A stretch of 43,774 nucleotides of DNA from an uncultured Planctomycetaceae bacterium (GTDB lineage: Bacteria; Planctomycetota; Planctomycetia; Planctomycetales; Planctomycetaceae): assembly GCA_964575135.1 (NCBI GenBank), contig CAZNQX010000002.1, positions 1,091 to 44,864 of the forward strand, written 5' to 3'. The notes below the pieces were generated by a model, which was not told where the DNA came from, searched no databases, and saw only the letters and a program-made list of their open reading frames with translations. Positions 7,867 to 14,707 of this stretch are shown in pieces. Every line of letters starts with the position of its first letter. Positions within the stretch are counted from its first letter, which is position 1. The position numbers and the translations under genes are program-made.

Positions 7867-10824
7867 TTGCCAAGATCCGTGTCTACCAATTCCCCCCGCT
7901 ACGTTGTCGGCATCGACCTGGGTACGACGAACTCCGCCGTCGCCTTCGCCGACACGGAAGACGATCGCCTGGCCGTTCATATTTTTTCCGTACCGCAGGT
8001 GGTTGCCGCCGGGCAGGTCGAGCGGCGGGAGACGCTGCCGAGCTTTCATTACCAGCCGGCCGCAGGCGAGTTCCCGCCCGAGTCACTGGCGTTGCCATGG
8101 AACAGAAAGGCCGACCACGTCGTCGGTGCATTCGCGCGCGATCAGGGACTGAAGGTTCCCGGCCGGGTGATCATCAGCGCCAAGAGTTGGTTGTGCCATC
8201 CGGGCGTCGATCGGACGGCCGATCTGCTGCCCTGGCACGGAGCCACCGACGTCGATCGGCTCAGCCCGGTTGAGGCGAGTGCCCGGTATCTCGCTCACGT
8301 CCGGTCGGCGTGGAATGCGGCACATCCCGATCATCCGCTCGAACGTCAGGACGTCGTCCTGACGCTGCCGGCATCATTCGACGAGGTCGCCCGCGAACTG
8401 ACGGTGCGGGCGGCACAGAAGGCCGGCCTGCCGCGCGTCGTGTTGATCGAAGAACCGCAGGCGGCGTTCTACGCCTGGATCAACAAGCACCGCGACGACT
8501 GGCAATCGCACGTCGACGCCGGACAGACAATCCTGATCTGCGACATCGGCGGCGGAACGAGCGATTTCACGCTGATTCGTGCCCGCCCGGCAGAAGGCGG
8601 CAGCGTCGCCTTCCATCGCATTGCCGTCGGCGAGCACCTGATCCTCGGCGGCGATAACCTCGATCTCGCGATCGCGAAGCAGCTTGAGGCGAAACTCGCC
8701 GGCAACGACCGGCTCGAACCGCGACTTTGGGAATCGCTGGTCCGACAAAGCCGAGTCGTCAAGGAAACGCTGCTTGCCGAAGACGCCCCCGAGAATCTGA
8801 CGGTGAGTCTCGCCGGCCGCGGCGCGGGACTGATCGGCGGAGCCATGCAGGTCACGGCCGATCGCGAGGCGTTGCGGGGCATGCTTCTTGACGGATTTCT
8901 TCCGAACGTGCCGCTCGATGCAAAGCCTCAAGCGATGCAGTCTGGCTTTCAAGAGTTCGGGCTGCCGTTCGCAGCCGATCCGGCGATCACCCGGCATCTG
9001 GCATGGTTCCTGACGTCGCACTGGGAAATTCTGGCCGATGAAGTGGCAAAAGCGTCGGCGACGCCGTCGTCCGACGGTGCTCCACAACCTGCGTTCGCCG
9101 ACAGCCGCGGTCTGCCGGTCGCAGCATTGAAACCCGATGCCGTCCTGTTCAACGGCGGATTTTTCGTCTCACCCCTGCTGCGAGAACGGCTGCTGTCGGT
9201 GCTGGGCGGATGGTTCGCAGAAGGGGCGGGAGTAGAAGGGGCGGCGAACGGAACACGAGAGACGAGCGGTGGAAACGACTCGTCGCCCATGCTGTACCGC
9301 CCCACGATCCTCGACAACGACGCCCTGTACCTCGCCGTCGCGCGGGGAGCCGCCTACTACGGTCTCGTCCGCCGCGGTCACGGCGTCCGGATCGCCGCCG
9401 GGCTGGCGCGAACGTACTACGTGGGAGTCGAGGTCGAAGGTCTGGTCTCCGATGGCGACACAGAGACTCGACGGCCAGGCGACCCGCCACCCGACACCTC
9501 GTCCCTCGCCGTCTGCCTCGTCCCGGCGGGCACCGAGGCTGGTGAGACCATCGAGTTGGAACAGCCGACGTTTCACCTGCGGGTCGCAGAGCCGGTCGAG
9601 TTGCCGATTTTCACCTCGGCGGTTCGCCTGACCGACAAACCGGGGACCAGGATTCCCGTTGACCGCGAGCAACTCACGGCGCTCCCACCGATCCGGACGG
9701 TGCTCCGAAGCCGCAAGGGCGAAGAAGGTGTCGTCCCGGTGTGCCTGCGGGCGGGCCTGACGGAGATTGGCACGCTCGACCTCAGTTGCCGCGAACTCGA
9801 GGGGAACCGTTCGTGGAAGCTGCAGTTCGACGTCCGAAGTGCGACTCAGACCGACGTGGCGGCTCACGAATCGGCTGCCGAGGCCGAAGGCGTTCTCGAT
9901 GAAGAGGTCTGGGCAGAATGCGAGGCAATCCTTAAGAGCGTCTGGGGGACGGAATCGCAGGCGTCTCCCCGCGACGTGATGAAACGACTGGCCGAAGCGA
10001 TCGGCAGCCCCCGCAACGATTGGCCGACGTCGCTGCTGCGGCGGATGTGGGAATTGCTGCTCGAGCTCGAATCGGGGCGTCGGAAAAGCCCGTCCCACGA
10101 AGCCCGCTGGCTGAATCTCGCCGGCTTTGCACTTCGTCCCGGTTACGGCTACGCCCTCGACGACTGGCGTGTCGGCGAAACGTGGAAAACGCTGCGCAAC
10201 CGTCTCGTGCATCCCAAGCCCGATTGTCTTTCGCAGTGGCGGATCTTCTGGCGGCGGATTGCCGGCGGCCTGGAAGCCGGTCAGCAGCAGACTCTCGCCG
10301 ACCCGGTATTGTCGGAGTTGCGGACCACGAAACCGCAAAGCCGGAGCCAGGGAGCCGGCGTCGAAGAAACATTCCGACTGCTGGCGTCGCTCGAGCGTCT
10401 GAACGTCAGCCGGAAAATCGAAATCGGCCGCATCGCCGCCGCCTGGTTCACCAATGACAAGGCGGCGAGTCTGCATCCGATTGCGGCGTGGAGTCTCGGC
10501 CGGATCGGCGCACGCGTTCCGCTTTACGGACCGCTCAATTCCGTCGTCCCACCGGAAGAAACCCGCCCGTGGCTCGACGCATTGCTGGCCTCCGACCTGC
10601 CCGCGCAGACCCTGGCGTTTCCCATTGCCCAGATGGCCCGCAAGACGGGCGACCGCTTCCGCGACCTGCCGGACGGCGCCCGCGGTCGTGTTGTCGGGTG
10701 GCTGGAACGCCACGAGGCCGCTCTCCATCTCATCCGGCTGGTTCGCGAAGGCGGACAACTCGAAGCCGAGGAACAATCGGCCGCGTTCGGCGAGAGCTTG
10801 CCGAAGGGGCTGCGGTTGCGGTGA
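7867..10824 (+). CDS. Giant Hsp70-family protein: DnaK-type nucleotide-binding domain plus a ~450-aa non-canonical C-terminal region
   Basis: ORF 7867..10824. The track start is TTG, and a GTG at 7879 is equally possible. It contains YVVGIDLGTTNSAVAF, EEPQAAFYAW, LICDIGGGTSDFTLI and NGGFFVSP. The C-terminal ~330 aa is helical (WLNLAGFALRPGYGY...) and does not resemble the canonical DnaK lid. Confidence 0.9.
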   Translation: MPRSVSTNSPRYVVGIDLGTTNSAVAFADTEDDRLAVHIFSVPQVVAAGQVERRETLPSFHYQPAAGEFPPESLALPWNRKADHVVGAFARDQGLKVPGRVIISAKSWLCHPGVDRTADLLPWHGATDVDRLSPVEASARYLAHVRSAWNAAHPDHPLERQDVVLTLPASFDEVARELTVRAAQKAGLPRVVLIEEPQAAFYAWINKHRDDWQSHVDAGQTILICDIGGGTSDFTLIRARPAEGGSVAFHRIAVGEHLILGGDNLDLAIAKQLEAKLAGNDRLEPRLWESLVRQSRVVKETLLAEDAPENLTVSLAGRGAGLIGGAMQVTADREALRGMLLDGFLPNVPLDAKPQAMQSGFQEFGLPFAADPAITRHLAWFLTSHWEILADEVAKASATPSSDGAPQPAFADSRGLPVAALKPDAVLFNGGFFVSPLLRERLLSVLGGWFAEGAGVEGAANGTRETSGGNDSSPMLYRPTILDNDALYLAVARGAAYYGLVRRGHGVRIAAGLARTYYVGVEVEGLVSDGDTETRRPGDPPPDTSSLAVCLVPAGTEAGETIELEQPTFHLRVAEPVELPIFTSAVRLTDKPGTRIPVDREQLTALPPIRTVLRSRKGEEGVVPVCLRAGLTEIGTLDLSCRELEGNRSWKLQFDVRSATQTDVAAHESAAEAEGVLDEEVWAECEAILKSVWGTESQASPRDVMKRLAEAIGSPRNDWPTSLLRRMWELLLELESGRRKSPSHEARWLNLAGFALRPGYGYALDDWRVGETWKTLRNRLVHPKPDCLSQWRIFWRRIAGGLEAGQQQTLADPVLSELRTTKPQSRSQGAGVEETFRLLASLERLNVSRKIEIGRIAAAWFTNDKAASLHPIAAWSLGRIGARVPLYGPLNSVVPPEETRPWLDALLASDLPAQTLAFPIAQMARKTGDRFRDLPDGARGRVVGWLERHEAALHLIRLVREGGQLEAEEQSAAFGESLPKGLRLR

Positions 10825-10856
10825 CGGTTTTCGGGGCATCCGGTTTTCGGGGCATC
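10825..10856. repeat. Exact 16-bp tandem duplication starting 1 nt after the Hsp70-like stop
   Basis: cggttttcggggcatc occurs twice (10825-10840 and 10841-10856), followed by a partial third copy (cgg). Confidence 0.9.
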
Positions 10857-11080
10857 CGGGCGTCGATGCGGGATTCACCCGGTGCCACGATCGGGTGACA
10901 CGCCGCATCGCGCCACGAAGAGTCGGCGATAGTCTGAGAGACTGTCCTGTCAGCCGCAGGAGCCGCATGAGGGCAGGAATGTCCGTCGGTCTCTTCATTC
11001 TTTGCGGTGACCCGGCGCCGCGGTACGGGACAGATTCTGAGCGAGAGATCGCCGCCAGTCCGCACAACCGGAGTCGCCCG

Positions 11081-11140
11081 ATGGCCAAGCAGAAACCAGA
11101 CCCGCAGCACGCGGGTGCGAAACCTCCTTTTCCACAATAA
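11081..11140 (+). other. Orphaned N-terminal leader of the downstream SDR, cut off by an in-frame TAA
   Basis: The ATG at 11081 gives MAKQKPDPQHAGAKPPFPQ, then TAA at 11138-11140. This is the same frame as the SDR start at 11171. Confidence 0.6.
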
Positions 11141-11170
11141 CCGCAGGAATATACCGGTGCCGAAGCGGAA

Positions 11171-11962
11171 ATGACACCCGAGGCCGACCACGGCGAGGCA
11201 AGCTACATCGGACACGACCGCTTGAAGGGCCAGGGCACGCTGGTGACCGGGGCCGACAGCGGCATCGGCCGGGCGGTCGCTCTGGCATTCGCCCGCGAAG
11301 GAGCCGACGTTCTGATTTCGTATCTCGAAGAAGAAAAAGACGCCCGCGAGACGGCCCGGCTCGTCGAGGACGCTGGTCGCAGGGCAATCGTCGTCCGCGG
11401 CGACATCGGCGACGAAAAGCAGTGCCGGAAACTCGTCGATCAGACTCTCAAGGAGTTTGGCCGGCTCGACGTCCTCGTAAACAACGCCGCGTTTCAGAGC
11501 ACCCATGAATCGCTCGGCGAGTTTACGCCCGAGGAAGTCGAGCATACGTTCCGCACAAACGTTTTCGCGATGTACAACCTCTGCCGGCTTGCCGTTCCGC
11601 ACATGAAGCCCGGTGCGAGCATCATCAACGTCGGTTCCATTCAAGGCTACAACCCGTCTCCGACGCTTCTGGCGTACGCCCCGACGAAAGCGGCGATCAT
11701 CAACTACACCAAGGCGCTCGCCCAATTCGCGATCAAGCAGGGGATCCGCGTGAACTGCGTCGCTCCCGGCCCGGTCTGGACACCGCTCATTCCCTCGACA
11801 ATGCCCGAAGACGCGCTGGAGAACTTCGGCAAGGACGCCGCCTTCGAGCGTCCCGCCCAACCGGCCGAACTCGCCCCGATCTTCGTCTTCCTCGCCTCGT
11901 CGGAAGCCAGCTACGTCACAGGCGAGGTCTACGCCGCCACGGGCGGAAAGACGCCCTATTGA
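11171..11962 (+). CDS. Short-chain dehydrogenase/reductase of the YghA / YdaD (general stress protein 39) type
   Basis: ORF 11171..11962. It contains TGADSGIGRA (Rossmann), NNAA, a Y..K catalytic pair (YAPTKAA) and VAPGPVWTP. The N-terminus MTPEADHGEASYIGHDRLKG aligns with E. coli YghA ...[20 protein letters not shown] (from memory). Confidence 0.9.
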   Translation: MTPEADHGEASYIGHDRLKGQGTLVTGADSGIGRAVALAFAREGADVLISYLEEEKDARETARLVEDAGRRAIVVRGDIGDEKQCRKLVDQTLKEFGRLDVLVNNAAFQSTHESLGEFTPEEVEHTFRTNVFAMYNLCRLAVPHMKPGASIINVGSIQGYNPSPTLLAYAPTKAAIINYTKALAQFAIKQGIRVNCVAPGPVWTPLIPSTMPEDALENFGKDAAFERPAQPAELAPIFVFLASSEASYVTGEVYAATGGKTPY

Positions 11963-12348
11963 GGCGGGGTCAGGAGACCGGGGGGCCGTTCGACTGCTGA
12001 GCACGCCCCATACGCCGCAAGAGCCGTCCGATGCTCACGGCATTTCACAAGCCCGTGCTTGTGGAACAGATTCCGAGCGCGTCGGGTCGGCGAATACGCG
12101 GAACTTCGCATCGCCACGTTCCGGTTTCATCGTTGAGAGTCTGTCGGCGGCGTGGTGATGTCAAACCGCGCAAACTGGTCCGGTCGTGCGGCGACAGCGG
12201 GGCGTGCTGGAAGTCACTGGCCAAAAGAACCGATCTACCCAACGGGCGCGTCGACGGAACGACGCGATCACCGTAGGGCTCCCCGCGTCCGGGGCCACGG
12301 AAGGAACTGCCTCCTCCGCTCGCCAACACTTCGCGCTTCGAGGATCTT

Positions 12349-13392
12349 ATGCCCCGGTCTGCGTTTTCCCTGCTCGCGTTCGGCTTGACGCTGCTCGTCC
12401 CTGCGGTCGCGTTCAGCCAGTTCTTCCCGGTCTCGAATTCGCGCTATCGCTCGAACTCGCAGCCGCACCACACCACCTCCCCCCAGGGCACCTTCACCAC
12501 CGCGCCGTCGAACGGCGGCTGGTCGGCGGGGCTTGTGCCGGGCACGGGATCGCTGCTCGACAGGGCGTTCGACGATTTCGAGGCAACCGACTGGTCGTAC
12601 GATTACGCCCTGCCCAAGAGCAGCTACGAGCAGGACAATCAACGGCGCTATCCGCTCGGTAAGTCGGCCAACAATCATTGGAAAGAGAGTGCCAAGCGCG
12701 GCACGCCCGATCATGTCGTTCGCGTCGAGACTCCGCCAGGCGGACTGCCCGGCAGCACCGGCGCCCTCAAAATCCAGAGTCTGAATACCGGCATCCCCGG
12801 TGTGACGAGCCGCGAACCGCAGCAGGACGACCTGATTCTCAACGTCGGCGAGCGGTACGGCACGATTCCCGTTCACCGCAGCCCGAACGTCGTCGTTCGC
12901 GTCTGGATGCCTCCTTTTGAACAATGGGAAGCGCGCAGCGGCAGCCACTTCGGCATTCGCATGGCCCTGGGAACGACCAAGATCACCGAAACACGCCGGT
13001 TCCTCTTCAAACGAACGGAAGAAGAGGCTGAATCGTACTGGCCGGGCTTCTTCGTTCAGTACACCCGCAAAGCCGACGGCCATGCGAAAGACGGAGCCAT
13101 GTGGCTCATTCGCGGCGCTAACAACGGCGGCGACTTTCCCGGACCGGTGATCGATCAGACCGGCTGGTGGACCGTCGGCATGACGGCCAATCCGAACGGT
13201 TCCGTGAGCTACTTCATCAGCCCCGGCGTCGATGACCTGACGGCCGCCGATCACATCGCAACGACGATGCCTTACGGTTACCGTGCCCAGCGCTTCAACA
13301 GCCTGTTCTTCAACATCACCAGCGCCAACGACGGCCGCACCTGGTCGACGCCGTTCATCATCGACGACCCGGCGGTTTATACCGCTCGCTGA
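12349..13392 (+). CDS. Secreted hypothetical protein
   Basis: ORF 12349..13392. It has the signal peptide MPRSAFSLLAFGLTLLVPAVAFSQ and coding-like composition. I recognise no family. Confidence 0.7.
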   Translation: MPRSAFSLLAFGLTLLVPAVAFSQFFPVSNSRYRSNSQPHHTTSPQGTFTTAPSNGGWSAGLVPGTGSLLDRAFDDFEATDWSYDYALPKSSYEQDNQRRYPLGKSANNHWKESAKRGTPDHVVRVETPPGGLPGSTGALKIQSLNTGIPGVTSREPQQDDLILNVGERYGTIPVHRSPNVVVRVWMPPFEQWEARSGSHFGIRMALGTTKITETRRFLFKRTEEEAESYWPGFFVQYTRKADGHAKDGAMWLIRGANNGGDFPGPVIDQTGWWTVGMTANPNGSVSYFISPGVDDLTAADHIATTMPYGYRAQRFNSLFFNITSANDGRTWSTPFIIDDPAVYTAR

Positions 13393-13412
13393 TCGTGTTG
13401 CGGCCAGACATA

Positions 13413-13450
13413 AAACAAAGCTCGTCCCTTGCAAGGGGCGGGCTTTGTTT
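13413..13450. terminator. Strong hairpin between convergent genes (candidate bidirectional terminator)
   Basis: aaacaaagc-tcgtccct-tgc-aaggggcgg-gctttgttt. The outer stem is 9 bp and perfect, with an inner GC-rich stem. A-rich and T-rich arms give a U-run in both orientations. Confidence 0.6.
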
Positions 13451-13506
13451 GCGTGAGTGAACCGGCGAAGTTCGCCAGAGGCCGGCATGCTATCGACAAT
13501 GCTGCT

Positions 13507-13839
13507 TCAGCCGAACAGGCACAGGAACTCGCTCCAGAACACCAGCGAGGACAGCAACAGGAAGTCCAGCCAGCACCTTTTATGGCATTCAGCGTCCTCA
13601 AAGTTGCCGCATTTCGCCTCGCACTTCAAAAACAGGTAAACGACGATTGAATACAGGAAATAAGTGATAAGGAGGCATGTCACGGATCTGCCCGGCGAAT
13701 GCGAACCCGTCCCAATGGAACGCGCCGCAGCAAAGAGCGCGACGGGCACTCCGTAGCCAAGACCGACGGCCAGAAATCGCCCGACACGCACGCCTCGCTT
13801 TTTTTGAGTGGCCTCCTGGTTGTCCGTGCACTGACACAT
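13507..13839 (-). CDS. Small Cys-rich membrane protein (110 aa), hypothetical
   Basis: ORF 13507..13839. It has three hydrophobic segments, eight Cys (starting MCQC, and including KCEAKCGNFEDAECHKRC) and acceptable third-position GC. It sits in a locally lower-GC patch. Confidence 0.45.
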   Translation of the reverse strand: MCQCTDNQEATQKKRGVRVGRFLAVGLGYGVPVALFAAARSIGTGSHSPGRSVTCLLITYFLYSIVVYLFLKCEAKCGNFEDAECHKRCWLDFLLLSSLVFWSEFLCLFG

Positions 13840-14023
13840 GTCTGATCTCTTTCCGTAATCTCCCGTCGGGGAGTGGGAACGTTGCCGAAAACGCGTGGTG
13901 ATTGAGCACCACCACGCCCTGCACCTTTAACGCACGGAGTTCCGCCCCGTTACAGGCGCATTTTCTTCTCGGCACTGTCGAGCGGATCCCGACGACGCGA
14001 TCGGGTGCACACTGGCAACGCTC

Positions 14024-14051
14024 AAGCCCGTCCCTCAGTAAGGGCGGGCTT
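14024..14051 (-). terminator. Hairpin immediately downstream of the fxsA stop
   Basis: aagcccg-t-ccct-cagta-aggg-cgggctt, 3 nt from the fxsA TAA. Its sequence is related to the hairpin at 13413-13450. Confidence 0.5.
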
Positions 14052-14053
14052 AC

Positions 14054-14545
14054 TTATCGATGCGTGCGATCTTCGAGCGTGCGATCTTCGAGCGGCGTTG
14101 CATCGGTCCGGCGGAACTCGGCGTCGATCACCTCGCCCTGGGTGAACTCGCTCCTGCGTGCTGTATACATTTGGAAGCGGGTGCCGACCCGTCCTTTCAG
14201 GAACGCGACCAGCCGGCGACCGATGACCGCTCGGACGGGCGGCACCAGCAGCAGAAAGCCGCAGGCGTCGCTGATCAGTCCCGGTGTGAGCAGGAACGTA
14301 CCGGCGATCAGAATCATCAGACCGTCGATGACCGACGCGGCCGGCATTCGTCCGGCTGCGAGATCACCCTGAATTGCGATCCATGCCCGCAGTCCCTGCC
14401 AGCGTGTCAGCGAGACACCGAGGATGGCCGTGCTCAGGATGATCAGCACGGTCACGAGAAAACCAACCCGGCTCGCGACCCAGAGGAGAAGCGTCAGTTC
14501 CGTACCCGCGAACAGAATGAACAGCAGCAACAACCGAAGAAACAT
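14054..14545 (-). CDS. fxsA: FxsA family membrane protein
   Basis: ORF 14054..14656. I prefer the ATG at 14545, which gives MFLRLLLLFILFAGTELTLLLWVASRVGFLVTVLIIL. The ILIAGTFLLTPGLISDACGFLLLVPPVR block is typical of FxsA. Confidence 0.85.
   Translation of the reverse strand: MFLRLLLLFILFAGTELTLLLWVASRVGFLVTVLIILSTAILGVSLTRWQGLRAWIAIQGDLAAGRMPAASVIDGLMILIAGTFLLTPGLISDACGFLLLVPPVRAVIGRRLVAFLKGRVGTRFQMYTARRSEFTQGEVIDAEFRRTDATPLEDRTLEDRTHR
14062..14091. repeat. Exact in-frame 15-bp tandem duplication in the fxsA 3' end
   Basis: gcgtgcgatcttcga occurs twice. This produces the duplicated pentapeptide LEDRT in the C-terminal tail (...PLEDRTLEDRTHR). Confidence 0.9.
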
Positions 14546-14707
14546 GGAATCAACCAGAGGGGTACGTGGCGAGCGGCCGGCGTCGATTTTCCGGCGAGTT
14601 ATTCGTTCTGCAACGCCCAATCTTACGCAACACACCGGATTGCGACACGGCGCCACGTCTGAGAGGCTGTGAAAGCCTGTTTCACCCCGGTCGCGAGCCG
14701 GATACCG

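Noticed and set aside
9169-11088. 639-aa ORF antisense to the Hsp70-like gene. Similar long antisense or shadow ORFs occur at 341-1552, 2510-3475, 8374-9087, 10730-12004, 12268-13488, 15353-16810, 17957-19351, 21602-22729 and 22365-23201.
   Set aside because: Their translations are Arg/Pro/Gly/Ala-rich with no motifs. Each lies opposite a gene with clear family motifs. Long open antisense frames are expected in high-GC DNA.
10454-11140. 228-aa plus-strand ORF overlapping the end of the Hsp70-like gene.
   Set aside because: Only its last 19 codons (from the ATG at 11081) are meaningful, as the orphaned SDR leader. The rest is an out-of-frame shadow of the Hsp70-like gene and intergenic sequence.
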